Shown piece after piece: positions 27,364 to 37,257 of a stretch of DNA of 54,210 nt. Within the stretch, counting starts at the first letter, position 1. The number at the start of each line of letters is the position of its first letter. This DNA is from an uncultured Aquiluna sp. (GTDB taxonomy: Bacteria > Actinomycetota > Actinomycetes > Actinomycetales > Microbacteriaceae). A program made the translations under genes and the position numbers. The notes under the pieces were generated by a model, which was not told where the DNA came from, searched no databases, and was given only the letters and a program-made list of their open reading frames with translations. The stretch covers positions 1,191,135 to 1,245,344 of the forward strand of contig CAJYLB010000001.1 of assembly GCA_913775595.1 (NCBI GenBank), in the 5' to 3' direction.

Positions 27364-27890
27364 TACCTTGCTCCTTCGTTTTCTAAGCTGCAGACTCCTC
27401 CTGAGCACAGCTGTGGTTTTTCTTTGGCAAATCTCATGTGTAGCCAGCAGCCGGCACAAAATCCAAATGCTGCCTCTGCAAATAAAAAGCTCATGCAGAG
27501 TGCGCACAAACCCAGCACGATCTCATCTCGCATTCCAAGCCACCCCATCATGAAGCAGGCAACCAGAACCATGCCAAACCCAATTGACCAGGCAGTTTGC
27601 TTGGGTTTTGCATCAACCCACTCGGGTATCTGGTTGCGCACAAAATAATCCGAGATGCGAAGCGTGGGAGAGAATCTCTGTCCGGCAAAAAGCCTTACGA
27701 ACATCTCGAACATAAAAAACGCTCCAAAGGCTCTCAGCAGCGAGAAGTCTGAGGTGAGGGCGGCCGTCATCCAGCCAGCAAATCCGAAGACAAACAGCAA
27801 TCCAGCTGCAGCTCTTACCGAGCGCTCGTTGAAAACCGCATGGTCATGCTGAGGCGTCAGCACGCCAAAGGAGGTGTGTTGGATGCTCAC
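27363..27890 (-). CDS. DUF4395-like Cys-rich membrane protein
   Basis: NERSVRAAAG, PEWVDAKPK..AW.IG, EAAFGFCAGC, CSGGVC. Confidence 0.8.
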   Translation of the reverse strand: MSIQHTSFGVLTPQHDHAVFNERSVRAAAGLLFVFGFAGWMTAALTSDFSLLRAFGAFFMFEMFVRLFAGQRFSPTLRISDYFVRNQIPEWVDAKPKQTAWSIGFGMVLVACFMMGWLGMRDEIVLGLCALCMSFLFAEAAFGFCAGCWLHMRFAKEKPQLCSGGVCSLENEGAR

Positions 27891-28222
27891 TCAAACAGCT
27901 CCGCTATTTGGCCCCAGAGCTCTTTGTTCACGCTGTAGTGGACCCAGGTTCCCCTGCGCTCTGCGCTCAACAAACCCACCTCAGTGAGCTTCTTCATGTG
28001 GTGGGAGATGGTTGGTTGTGATAGCCCAAGGGGACCAGTGAGGTCGCAGGTGCAGGCGCTGCTGTTCTCACCCTGATTGATAAGCGCGAGGATCTGGAGC
28101 CTTGTTGGGTCTGCAACTGCCTTGAGAAGGCTCGCAATTTCATTCGCCTTGGTCCGGGCCATTGGCTCGACTCCAGGCGTGGGTGCGCACTGGGAGATAT
28201 CTAGTTGCACTCTCGTAACCAT
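27887..28222 (-). CDS. arsR: ArsR/SmtB-family metalloregulator
   Basis: KAVADPTRLQIL, ACTCDL, LSQPTISHHMKKL, RRGTWVHY. Confidence 0.9.
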   Translation of the reverse strand: MVTRVQLDISQCAPTPGVEPMARTKANEIASLLKAVADPTRLQILALINQGENSSACTCDLTGPLGLSQPTISHHMKKLTEVGLLSAERRGTWVHYSVNKELWGQIAELFE

Positions 28223-28236
28223 TTGTTCACCTATTC

Positions 28237-28252
28237 ATAGATGGTTATCTAT
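28237..28252. promoter_or_regulatory. Probable ArsR operator ATAGAT-GGTT-ATCTAT
   Basis: Perfect 6-4-6 palindrome in the 62-bp divergent arsR/aquaporin intergenic. Confidence 0.65.
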
Positions 28253-28284
28253 AAACTACCAGAGCATTAGAGAGAAGGTAAGGC

Positions 28285-28953
28285 TTGCAACATCCGCTTT
28301 CAGCGAAGCTTCTGGCCGAGTTTTTAGGCACCGCCCTGATTGTTTCCGGCGTAGTTGGCGCAGGCTTCATGACCGCCACCTTGCAATCTGGTTACCCGCT
28401 TGGCCTCACCATGATCGCCGCAACGGTTGCTGCGATCCTTTTCGTCGCGATCTCAATCTTTGGCCCCATCTCTGGAGCGCACTTCAACCCGGTAGTTACC
28501 CTGGGTTTTCTGGTGCGGAAGGCTATTGCCTCGGGCGAGGCCGGTGCTTACATCGCAGCTCAGGTGCTTGGCGCCATAAGCGGGGCAGTGACTGCAAATC
28601 TAATGTTCGGCTCGGCCTGGCTCGAGGTGAGCAAGCTAGAGAGATTCTCGCTTCCTACCTTTTTGGGTGAGGTGGTTGCTACCTGGGGCTTGGTGCTCTT
28701 GATCCTGCTGCTGGTTCATTTTGAGAAGGCAAATTTGGTTGCTGCCTCGGTTGCAGCCTGGATATTCGCAGGCCACATATTCACCTCTTCAACATCGTTT
28801 GCTAACCCGGCAGTGACCCTGGGGCGTATCTTCACCGAAGCCCCCTCGGGTATCGCACCCGACTCAGCACTCTGGTTCGCCTTGGCCCAGCTAATTGGTA
28901 TGGCCATCGCACTTATTACCTTTGCTCCCCTCACCAAGAAAGTAGGCAGCTAA
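28285..28953 (+). CDS. MIP/aquaporin channel (AqpS-like arsenite channel)
   Basis: SGAHFNPVVT and STSFANPAVT loops; lies between arsR and arsC. Confidence 0.88.
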   Translation: MQHPLSAKLLAEFLGTALIVSGVVGAGFMTATLQSGYPLGLTMIAATVAAILFVAISIFGPISGAHFNPVVTLGFLVRKAIASGEAGAYIAAQVLGAISGAVTANLMFGSAWLEVSKLERFSLPTFLGEVVATWGLVLLILLLVHFEKANLVAASVAAWIFAGHIFTSSTSFANPAVTLGRIFTEAPSGIAPDSALWFALAQLIGMAIALITFAPLTKKVGS

Positions 28954-29369
28954 TGTCAGCCCCAATCGCTTCGGTCATGTTTGTTTGCGTTCACAACGCA
29001 GGAAGATCGCAGATGGCACAGGGTTTTCTGCACCACCTGGCTGGCGATCGCATTGAGGTTCGCTCTTCAGGCACCATGCCGGGAGACCAGGTGAACCCCT
29101 CAGCAGTTGAGGCCATGAACGAGCTGGGCATTGACATCTCAGCTGCAAAACCAAAGGTTCTTACCGACGAGGAGGTTAGGGCTTCGGACTACGTAATCAC
29201 CATGGGCTGTGGCGATGCCTGCCCCTTCTACCCGGGGAAGATTTACCTCGACTGGAAGCTGGAGGATCCAGCCGGAAAAGGCGTGGAGTCGGTTCGACCA
29301 ATTCGCGATGAGATCAAGGTTCTGGTCGAGAATCTGATTGCCGAAATCGACGCAAAAGCCAAATCTTGA
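28953..29369 (+). CDS. arsC: Arsenate reductase (LMW-PTP fold)
   Basis: FVCVHNAGRSQMA P-loop, MGCGDACP, DW.LEDP. Confidence 0.92.
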   Translation: MSAPIASVMFVCVHNAGRSQMAQGFLHHLAGDRIEVRSSGTMPGDQVNPSAVEAMNELGIDISAAKPKVLTDEEVRASDYVITMGCGDACPFYPGKIYLDWKLEDPAGKGVESVRPIRDEIKVLVENLIAEIDAKAKS

Positions 29370-29396
29370 CAAACTAGTTAGGTTTACCTAACCTCT
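29366..29396 (+). promoter_or_regulatory. SigA-type promoter (TTGACA-17-TAACCT) overlapped by an IdeR/DtxR iron box
   Basis: TTAGGTTTACCTAACCTCT (29378-29396) matches 15/19 of TTAGGTTAGCCTAACCTAA; upstream of the Fe3+ ABC genes. Confidence 0.8.
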
Positions 29397-29437
29397 TTGG
29401 GTAATCATCTTTTTACCCAACTTTTGAAGAGGTTTCA

Positions 29438-30421
29438 TTGAGGTTTCGCAGTGCTCTCGCTGTCTTTGTTGTCTCCGGTTTGTTTCTTACCGGTTGCAGC
29501 GCCGAGGACGATTCGCTACTGGTTTATTCGGGCAGGAGCGAGGCACTAATTGGGCCCCTTGTTGAACAGTTTGAGCAGGCTAGCGGCATCGATGTCGAGG
29601 TTCGCTACGCGGGCAGTGCGGAGCTAGCCGCGCAGCTTCTTGAGGAGGGTACCAATTCGCCTGCGGATATCTTCCTCGCGCAGGATGCTGGGGCGTTAGG
29701 TGCGGCCTCCAAGGCGGGTCTGCTAACTGCCATTCCAGATGAGATCTTCTCCCTTGTTCCCCCGGAGTATTCGGCAGCAGACAAAAGCTGGGTGGGGGTT
29801 TCCGGCAGGGCGAGAGTTTTGGTTTATGACCCGGCCGAGGTTAGTGAGCTGCCCGCGAGTATTTTTGATCTTGAGGCTGAGTCTTGGCAGGGCCGAATTG
29901 GCATCGCGCCAACCAATGCTTCGTTCCAGTCTTTTGTGACCGCCATGCGAGTTATCCACGGTGATGAGCGCACCTTGGAATGGCTAGAGGCAATGCGGGA
30001 GAACGCCGTCATCTACGAAAAAAACGGCGCAATACTCGAAGCCGTTGAGTCGGGACAGTTGGCTGCGGGGCTTATCAACCACTACTACTGGTATGCGCGT
30101 GCGATGGATGTTGGTCAGGCTCAGATGAACAGCCGCCTGGCTCAGTTTGGGGCTGCGGACGCGGGCAATCTTGTCAACGTTGCCGGTGTTGGCATCTTAA
30201 ATGCATCCGAGAACGCGAGTGAGTTTGTTAGCTACCTGCTCAGCGAATCGGGCCAGAAGTACTTCGCCGAGGAAACCAGGGAGTATCCACTTGTTGGCGG
30301 CATTAGCCCCGCCGATGAGCTGGTACCGCTTAGCGAGATTCAAACTCCCGCGATTGACCTAAGCGACCTCGACACTCTTGAAAGGACGCTGGAGCTAATC
30401 CGCCAGGCGGGACTGATCTAG
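29438..30421 (+). CDS. Fe3+ ABC transporter substrate-binding lipoprotein (FutA/AfuA-like)
   Basis: LTGC lipobox, VYSGR, SPADIF, GLINHYYW iron-ligand motif. Confidence 0.9.
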   Translation: MRFRSALAVFVVSGLFLTGCSAEDDSLLVYSGRSEALIGPLVEQFEQASGIDVEVRYAGSAELAAQLLEEGTNSPADIFLAQDAGALGAASKAGLLTAIPDEIFSLVPPEYSAADKSWVGVSGRARVLVYDPAEVSELPASIFDLEAESWQGRIGIAPTNASFQSFVTAMRVIHGDERTLEWLEAMRENAVIYEKNGAILEAVESGQLAAGLINHYYWYARAMDVGQAQMNSRLAQFGAADAGNLVNVAGVGILNASENASEFVSYLLSESGQKYFAEETREYPLVGGISPADELVPLSEIQTPAIDLSDLDTLERTLELIRQAGLI

Positions 30422-30427
30422 GCCCAG

Positions 30428-31936
30428 ATGCAAAGACCTCCGATTGCAGCGGTAGCGCTGGGTGTAGTTGCAGCCCTAGCGTCTCTATTGCCGATCGGGT
30501 ATTTGCTGCTTCGGCTCGCCGAGGGCTTTGAGGCAGCGCTGGCGGAACTGCTCAGGACAAGGACGCTGGAGCTGCTTTGGAACTCGATCAGTCTCACTCT
30601 CAGTGTTTCCCTGACGGCATTGGCAATAGGTATCCTGCAGGCCTGGCTCACGGTGAGAACTAACCTTGTCCTCGCCCCGGTATTTGCAGTGCTGGCAACC
30701 CTGCCACTTGCCATCCCGAGCTTCGTCCTTGCACTTGGCTACCTGAGCATATTTCCGTGGTTCAGCGGTTTTTGGGCAGCCTGGCTCACCCTGTCGCTGG
30801 CAACCGCGCCGTACGTTTTTTTGGCAGTATCGGCCGCGCTGATTAGCTCAAATTTCGCAGCCGAGGAGGTGGCTCGTTCGCTTGGGAAAAATCGGCTGCA
30901 AGTTTTCTGGAGCGTGAGTTGGCCTCAGATAAGGCCTGCTGCCCTCGCATCGGGTTTGTTGGTGGCGCTCTATACGCTGAGCGAATTCGGCGCAATCGCG
31001 CTGCTCCGCTTCGACACCTTTACCCGTGCCATCTACAACGCCTACCGCGGATCATTTGATAGAACCAGCGCAGCTGCGCTGGCACTGGTTTTGGTGGCGC
31101 TAACGCTGGTTGTCATCTTCTTCGAGCGCCGCTATCGAGGAGATCGCTGGAGCGCACCGAGCACCTCAGGCCGCAGAAGGCTCATAGATCTCGGCGGTTT
31201 GAGGCTGCCTTCGCTCATGGCCCTTTCCGTGCTTGGCCTTGCAGGGGCGGGGCTACCGATTGTGTCCCTGATTGGCTGGTCTCTGAATCAACGCGCATTT
31301 GATTTGCTCAGGTTGGGAGAACTGGTAGTTAGTTCGCTGCTAGTGGCGCTTGCAGCGGGAGTAATTATCGGCATCTTCGCACTTGCGATCTCGGTTTGGA
31401 ACCTTAGGTTCCAAAGCCGGCTCTCCGGGGTGGTCGATCTAACAGCATGGACCGCACATGCACTCCCAGCGGTTGTGGTTGCGCTGGCGCTGGTGTTCTT
31501 TGGTGCAAACCTCTTGCCAGGCATCTACCAGACCATTTGGCTACTGCTGCTTGCCTACCTCATCTTGTTTTTGCCAAATGCGCTGGGGCTCGTCGGAACT
31601 CCGATTGCGCTTGTGCCGAGGAGTATCGAGGAGGTTGCAAGAAGTCAGGGGCTTAGCAAGAACGCGGCGCTGGGCAAGGTGGTCCTGCCAATTGCCGCGC
31701 CAGGCATCATCGCCGGTATTGCGCTCGCATCCCTCACCGTACTTAAAGAACTCCCCGCCACCCTGCTGCTTCGCCCCAATCAGTTAGACACCTTGGCGAC
31801 AGAGCTATGGCAGGCAACTGAGGTTTTGGCCTATTCGCAGGCTGCCCCCTATGCCCTCGCGCTGATTATCATTGCGGGGGTGCCGGCACTTTTCCTGAAT
31901 GCCCAGGCCAGAAGACTGATTTCGGAGGTTAGCTAG
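30428..31936 (+). CDS. Fe3+ ABC transporter permease
   Basis: Duplicated permease with two EEVARS loops, KELPATLLL. Confidence 0.9.
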   Translation: MQRPPIAAVALGVVAALASLLPIGYLLLRLAEGFEAALAELLRTRTLELLWNSISLTLSVSLTALAIGILQAWLTVRTNLVLAPVFAVLATLPLAIPSFVLALGYLSIFPWFSGFWAAWLTLSLATAPYVFLAVSAALISSNFAAEEVARSLGKNRLQVFWSVSWPQIRPAALASGLLVALYTLSEFGAIALLRFDTFTRAIYNAYRGSFDRTSAAALALVLVALTLVVIFFERRYRGDRWSAPSTSGRRRLIDLGGLRLPSLMALSVLGLAGAGLPIVSLIGWSLNQRAFDLLRLGELVVSSLLVALAAGVIIGIFALAISVWNLRFQSRLSGVVDLTAWTAHALPAVVVALALVFFGANLLPGIYQTIWLLLLAYLILFLPNALGLVGTPIALVPRSIEEVARSQGLSKNAALGKVVLPIAAPGIIAGIALASLTVLKELPATLLLRPNQLDTLATELWQATEVLAYSQAAPYALALIIIAGVPALFLNAQARRLISEVS

Positions 31937-32965
31937 ATGCCACTTCTTGAAGTCAAAGACGTCTCAGTTAGCTTCGGAGAAACGAGAGTTCTTGCCGGCA
32001 TAACCCTTGAACTTGAGAGCAAGCAGCTTCTCGCCGTGCTGGGATCATCGGGTGCGGGCAAGTCAACTCTTCTTAGGCTGATTGCAGGTTTTGACGCTGT
32101 TACTGGCGGATCAATCTCCCTTGATGGGACTCTGCTCAGCAGTAGCGATGCAACCGTTGCTCCGGAGAAGCGAAGCATCGGCATCGTGCCCCAGGACTCT
32201 GCTCTCTTCCCTCATCTCAACGTTCGCCAGAACATTGGTTTTGGTCTTGCTGGGCTATCGAAAGAGGCAAGGGACGAGAGGGTCAATGAGCTCTTGCGAC
32301 TAATCCGGATGGAGCAGTTCGCCGCTCGCATGCCCGAGGAGCTCTCGGGTGGGCAGGTGCAGCGCGTAGCACTTGCGAGGGCGTTGGCTCCAAGACCAAA
32401 GCTGGTGCTACTAGACGAGCCATTTAGTGCCTTGGATGCAGAGCTCAGGCAGCAGCTTCGCGAGGAGGTTCGCGGGGTGCTCAAGGCTGAGGGAGCGACT
32501 GCGGTAATGGTCACACACGACCAAGAAGAGGCACTTTCTTTGGCGGATCGCGTGGCGGTCCTGCGAGATGGCAAGGTGATTCAGATCGGGTCGCCCTCTG
32601 AGATTTACAACTCACCAGCGGATGTTGGCATCGCGACATTCTTGGGAGAGTCGGTGCTTGTGGATGGCAAGGTCTCCGGTGGCAAGATACTCACCGATCT
32701 TGGCAGCCTGACCCCGCTAAACAATGTTGCCGAGGGCGCCACCGGAGTGGTGGCGATCAGAAGCGAAAACTTTTATCTGCAGCCAAACCCCTCAGGAGAC
32801 TCTGAGGTTGTAGGCAGGGTGTTCTTTGGCCACGACGCCCTCGTTGAGGTGCAGACTCCAAAGCTTCGAATCAGAGCAAGGTCAAACGGCCCCTTTGCCC
32901 CAGAGGTTGGCATGAGGGTCACGGTATGGGTTCGTGGGGCTGTGAATTTCTACCCGAGCTCCTAA
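31937..32965 (+). CDS. Fe3+ ABC transporter ATP-binding protein
   Basis: GSSGAGKST, LSGGQ, LLDEPF, VTHDQEEA. Confidence 0.92.
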   Translation: MPLLEVKDVSVSFGETRVLAGITLELESKQLLAVLGSSGAGKSTLLRLIAGFDAVTGGSISLDGTLLSSSDATVAPEKRSIGIVPQDSALFPHLNVRQNIGFGLAGLSKEARDERVNELLRLIRMEQFAARMPEELSGGQVQRVALARALAPRPKLVLLDEPFSALDAELRQQLREEVRGVLKAEGATAVMVTHDQEEALSLADRVAVLRDGKVIQIGSPSEIYNSPADVGIATFLGESVLVDGKVSGGKILTDLGSLTPLNNVAEGATGVVAIRSENFYLQPNPSGDSEVVGRVFFGHDALVEVQTPKLRIRARSNGPFAPEVGMRVTVWVRGAVNFYPSS

Positions 32966-33023
32966 ACCAAACCCCCAGCGGATTACCTTAGAAAACCCCC
33001 ACTCCGCTTCTACACTTAGTCCA

Positions 33024-34115
33024 ATGCGGAAGATAGCCCTTCTAATTGCCTCGGCACTTGTTCTTGCTGGCTGCAGCTCTGAACCCGAGGAAACAATTGC
33101 CCCCACGCCCACCCAGTCCCAGACGGCTTCGCCGACCCCAACTGAGGAGCCCGAGCCGGAACCGGTGATGGTGGCGGCCGCCCTCACCGGCGTTCTCTAC
33201 GAGGAGGGCACCAACCCCCTGCTTGAACTCCCTGCCGTTTCGGCGAAGATCGACAACACCACGCCCGGTAGACCTCAGCTGGCTCTCAACTCTGCAGACA
33301 TCGTCTTTGTCACCCGGGTCGAGATAGGTCTTACAAGGCTTTTGCCGGTTTGGCACTCAAGAACCCCCGAGGTCATTGGCCCGGTCAGGTCAGTGAGGCC
33401 GGTGGATGCGGCAATTGTCGATCCTTTCAACGGCATCTTCGTCTACTCAGGAGGCCAGGCCCCGTTCAAGTCGGCAGCCAAGGCAACCGGGCTGATCATG
33501 AGCGACGAAGACACCGAGATGAATAACGACACTTACTTTCGCGAGAAGTCAAGGGTTGCTCCCTGGAACCTGTTTTTTGAGGCCGCCAAGCTTCAACAGC
33601 TCTACTCTCCAGAGCAGCCAGCTCCAGAACCCGGCTTTGAGTTTGCTGCGATTCCGACCGCTGTAGCGGAGGGAACACCTGTTTTGGGCCTTGGCGTGAA
33701 GTACCCACAGATGCACTCAGAGTGGGAGCTCGGAACCGCCACCTTTGATTGGTCGGTTGCCGAGGAGCCCGCGTGGCTGAGAACCCAAGACGGCTCCGAG
33801 CACACCCAAGAAGGTGGCGAGCGGGTAATTGCCAAGAACGTGGTTGTCATGGAGGTCGCCCACGATTTGAGTTTCGTAGATCCAAAATACGGAGCCATTC
33901 CAAAGGCCATGCTGGAAAACAATGAGGGTATTGCTCACATCTTCTCCGACGGCTACTACCTGCAGGCAGTGTGGTCTAAGGGCGAGATTGGCGAGCCAAT
34001 CCTGCTCTCCACGACAGACGGCCAGCCGCTCCAGCTAGCCATTGGCAACACCTGGGTGGAGATGATGGACGTTCCTAAGAGCAAGCTAACAATCGACCAG
34101 CCAGAGTCTGAGTAG
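33024..34115 (+). CDS. DUF3048-domain lipoprotein
   Basis: LAGC lipobox, Pro/Thr/Glu linker, KIDN...RPQ, GPVRSVR, GNTWVE. Confidence 0.8.
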   Translation: MRKIALLIASALVLAGCSSEPEETIAPTPTQSQTASPTPTEEPEPEPVMVAAALTGVLYEEGTNPLLELPAVSAKIDNTTPGRPQLALNSADIVFVTRVEIGLTRLLPVWHSRTPEVIGPVRSVRPVDAAIVDPFNGIFVYSGGQAPFKSAAKATGLIMSDEDTEMNNDTYFREKSRVAPWNLFFEAAKLQQLYSPEQPAPEPGFEFAAIPTAVAEGTPVLGLGVKYPQMHSEWELGTATFDWSVAEEPAWLRTQDGSEHTQEGGERVIAKNVVVMEVAHDLSFVDPKYGAIPKAMLENNEGIAHIFSDGYYLQAVWSKGEIGEPILLSTTDGQPLQLAIGNTWVEMMDVPKSKLTIDQPESE

Positions 34116-34258
34116 TGCGCGGGGTTAAGAAAGCTAACCTGCCAAAGAAGACCTGTGAGCGCTGCGGCAGGGAAATGGTCTGGCGCAAGTCCTGGGAGAA
34201 AAACTGGGACCAGGTCAAATACTGCTCAGAAAAGTGCAAGCGGACTAAAGCTCTTTAG
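34115..34258 (+). CDS. DUF2256-family small protein, 47 aa
   Basis: Manual translation VRGVKKANLPKKTCERCGREMVWRKSWEKNWDQVKYCSEKCKRTKAL; below the ORF-track cutoff. Confidence 0.8.
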   Translation: MRGVKKANLPKKTCERCGREMVWRKSWEKNWDQVKYCSEKCKRTKAL

Positions 34259-35141
34259 AAAACTCTTTTAGCCAGCTCTTTAGCTCGCCGCCGATATCTT
34301 CTCTGTCAACCGCGATCCTCAGGGTCGCGCGAATAAAGTCCAGCTTGTCACCGGTGTCGTATCGCCTGCCTCGGAAGATCACACCTCTAACTCCCCCTGC
34401 AAGCTCTGGGTTATTAGCTGCATGCTGGAGGGCATCGGTGAGCTGTATCTCCCCACCCCTACCAGGCTCGGTGTTCTCCAAAATCTCAAAGATCTCTGGC
34501 CTGAGCACGTAGCGGCCAATCACCGCAAGGTTTGAAGGAGCGCTCTCAGGCTCTGGTTTTTCAACCAGCTCAGAAATGACCACCGCATCTCCCTCTTGGG
34601 AGCTAATGCTCGCTGCCCCATAGAGATGAATTTGCTCCATCGGCACCTCCATCAGGGCAACCACGTTGTCCCCTGTTGCCTCGTGGAGCTCAAGCATCTT
34701 TGAAAGGCAGGCATCGCGAGAGTCGATGACGTCATCGCCAAGTAGGACAGCAAAGCTGTTCGAACCGACGTGGCTTTTTGCCCTGAGGACCGCGTGACCC
34801 AGTCCCCTCGGGTCGCCCTGGCGGGTGTAGTGGATGTCGGCAAGCTGGTTGGACTCCTGGACGGAGAAAAGCCGCTTCTGGTCACCCTTTGCAGTTAGCG
34901 CCTGCTCCAGCTCGGCCACCCGGTCAAAGTGGTTCTCAAGGGTGTTCTTGTTTCTACCGGTGATTATCAAAAGGTCTGAGAGCCCAGCCGAGACCGCCTC
35001 TTCCACCACGTATTGAATTACGGGCTTGTCAACGATGGGGAGCATCTCTTTGGGCATCGCCTTTGTGGCGGGGAGGAAGCGGGTGCCAAGTCCAGCTGCC
35101 GGAATAATCGCCTTGCTGACTTTTCTACCCGCATCAACCAT
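34245..35141 (-). CDS. galU: UTP--glucose-1-phosphate uridylyltransferase
   Basis: PAAGLGTRFLPATKAMPKEMLP, GLGHA, VEKP, GEIQLTDA. Confidence 0.96.
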   Translation of the reverse strand: MVDAGRKVSKAIIPAAGLGTRFLPATKAMPKEMLPIVDKPVIQYVVEEAVSAGLSDLLIITGRNKNTLENHFDRVAELEQALTAKGDQKRLFSVQESNQLADIHYTRQGDPRGLGHAVLRAKSHVGSNSFAVLLGDDVIDSRDACLSKMLELHEATGDNVVALMEVPMEQIHLYGAASISSQEGDAVVISELVEKPEPESAPSNLAVIGRYVLRPEIFEILENTEPGRGGEIQLTDALQHAANNPELAGGVRGVIFRGRRYDTGDKLDFIRATLRIAVDREDIGGELKSWLKEFSKEL

Positions 35142-35221
35142 GGCTAAAGCCTAGACTCAACTATCAGCGGATGCTCACTTTCTGCGCTTACGCTTGGAGT
35201 TAGAAAACGGGAGAAATCAAC

Positions 35222-36514
35222 TTGAAGACTAAGTTTTTTGCGGCCGTAACAGCTCTTGCAATTTCGCTTTTTGGCTTTGCAGCACCTGCCCAGGCAAACG
35301 TTGTCGAACCTGCCTACACGATGGTTAACGTGGAGTCGGTATGGGAGCTTGGCCACAAGGGCGAGGGAGCCTCGATTGCCTTTATTGACCAGGGCGTAAA
35401 CCTCACCCACGAGTACTTCCAGGACCAGGTCGTTGATGGCTTCTGCCTCTACGCCTCCTACACCTCAAACTTTTGCCCCAACGGCTCCAAGAGCCAGACC
35501 GGCGTTTCCGCCGCATCGCAGCGCATCGTCAATAACTTCCCTGTCTTCGCCGAGAACCACGGCAACATGGTTGCCGGCATCGCTGCGGGCAAGCCCAACT
35601 CAGTTGCGGCCGGCGGCATTGCCCCCGATGCAAAGATCGTGATGGCGAACATCGACCTCACCCTCGAGGGCATCACCGCGGCGGCAAGGTATGTTTCTGA
35701 CCGGGCTGAAGCAAACAAGACCGTCGCACTCTCACTGTCTTTTGGGGGCCTGTTCTCAGAGATGCCAAGAAGCTGGCTGCTCTGTGACACCAACCCGGCG
35801 CTCGCCGAGTTGGCAGGCATCATCTCTGACATGCGAGACCGCGGCATCATCACATTTGCAGCCGCCGGCAACACCCCGGTGTTGGACATCGCCACGTCAG
35901 TCTTTCCAAGCTGCCTCGAGGAAGTCGTGGCGGTTGGCTCGGTTAATGCTCAGCGCGAAGTCTCTTGGTATGTGACCATGAGCAACAAGATTGAGTTCTT
36001 GGCTCCCGACTTCACAAGAAGCGCCGACACCCTCGGCTACATGACAAGCTCGGGAACCTCCGCGGCAACCCCATTGGTTGCAGCGGCATTCACAGTTTTG
36101 AAGCAGGCCTTCCCTGAGAAGACCAGCGAACAGATCCTGCTGGCTATGAAGCAGGGCTCCTCAAAGGTCGACGATGTAATTAGGAAGCAAATACCGCTTG
36201 TCAACATCGCTGGCGCCTACAACCTGCTCGCGGCAGGAGCTACCGCTCCTGTGGACCCAGGAAGTTCAAATGGCGAGCAGAAGGTGACAATTGGTACCTT
36301 CAACGGCTACATCGCCATCTACACCAAGGGCTATGAGGGCCTCAGACTGACAGCAAAGGTGGCGGGTAAGTGGCTCAAGGTCGACCCAATCACCCTGGCG
36401 CCAGGAAAGACCTACTCGCTAACAAAGCGCAACACAGGAGCCGGCTACACAATTAACGTCGAGGTCTACATTGACGGTGTGCTACTCGCACAAGACACGG
36501 TCCTGACCCGCTAG
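35222..36514 (+). CDS. Secreted S8 (subtilisin-like) serine peptidase with a C-terminal surface-protein domain
   Basis: Signal peptide (AQA); triad IDQG / HGNMVAG / GTSAATP; oxyanion AAGN. Confidence 0.88.
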   Translation: MKTKFFAAVTALAISLFGFAAPAQANVVEPAYTMVNVESVWELGHKGEGASIAFIDQGVNLTHEYFQDQVVDGFCLYASYTSNFCPNGSKSQTGVSAASQRIVNNFPVFAENHGNMVAGIAAGKPNSVAAGGIAPDAKIVMANIDLTLEGITAAARYVSDRAEANKTVALSLSFGGLFSEMPRSWLLCDTNPALAELAGIISDMRDRGIITFAAAGNTPVLDIATSVFPSCLEEVVAVGSVNAQREVSWYVTMSNKIEFLAPDFTRSADTLGYMTSSGTSAATPLVAAAFTVLKQAFPEKTSEQILLAMKQGSSKVDDVIRKQIPLVNIAGAYNLLAAGATAPVDPGSSNGEQKVTIGTFNGYIAIYTKGYEGLRLTAKVAGKWLKVDPITLAPGKTYSLTKRNTGAGYTINVEVYIDGVLLAQDTVLTR

Positions 36515-37257
36515 CGCCCGAAAACAAACCTGACTAGGTTCTGTGTTCCCCCGAGCTCAGAGAGCCTCCTAAGCCCAAAGCCAAGGCGAATAATTGGCGC
36601 CATGGTTCTGAAGACACGGGAGAAGACTTTTGCCCTTGCTATTCGGTCGCGGTCGGTGCCCCAGCCAGATCCCGAGGAGTCCTCGGGGTGAGAGGCGATG
36701 GTGATAGGCAGGAACACCCCCTTGCCACCGGCCCTGATGATATCGGCAATGAAGATGTACTCATCGCCCAGGTAGTTCTCTACCCCTGCGCCAAAATCAG
36801 TATCGAAGCTAACCCCGAGAGTGTGGATGCTCTCAACCCGCACCACCATTTCGTAGGTGGCGGCCCTGGCCGAGTTGAAAAGGCTTAGCTGCTCCATGCT
36901 CTTTGGGTAGTTTTTGCGCAGCTTGCCAGTTTGATCAGTGGCCTGGGCCAGCACAATGGCAACCTCGGGGTGCTCGTCCATGTATTGGCAGATAGAAGCC
37001 AGTCCAGCCGGTTCGAATTCAATGTCGTCATCGGCGAAGACCAGGAACCTACCCTTGGCCAATTCAAGTGCCCGGTTGCGACTCTTCGCCACTCCTGTGC
37101 TCGCTAGCTCGTCATAGGTCGCGTCCAGGGTCTTCGCATAAGTTGCTTTGTTTGGGTTCTGGACGACAACGAGCAGCTCGCTATCTGGGACCTTTGGTTG
37201 GCGTATGTTCTTTACCCGCTCTGCAAGGACCGAGTAGCCAATGGTGAGCGAGGTCAT
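36511..37257 (-). CDS. Glycosyltransferase family 2
   Basis: GVAKSRNRAL, FADDD, FGAG...GDE. Confidence 0.85.
   Translation of the reverse strand: MTSLTIGYSVLAERVKNIRQPKVPDSELLVVVQNPNKATYAKTLDATYDELASTGVAKSRNRALELAKGRFLVFADDDIEFEPAGLASICQYMDEHPEVAIVLAQATDQTGKLRKNYPKSMEQLSLFNSARAATYEMVVRVESIHTLGVSFDTDFGAGVENYLGDEYIFIADIIRAGGKGVFLPITIASHPEDSSGSGWGTDRDRIARAKVFSRVFRTMAPIIRLGFGLRRLSELGGTQNLVRFVFGR

Noticed and set aside
27364..27507. ORF-track 121-aa version of copZ
   Set aside because: The extension overlaps DUF4395 in another frame; the HMA domain begins at ATG 27363 with its own RBS
28077..28670. 197-aa plus-strand ORF and the many other short antisense/overlapping ORFs in the track
   Set aside because: They are shadows of well-supported genes, with no motifs or RBS
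33085..33165. Pro/Thr/Glu low-complexity repeat in the DUF3048 gene
   Set aside because: Ordinary lipoprotein linker, not a DNA repeat element
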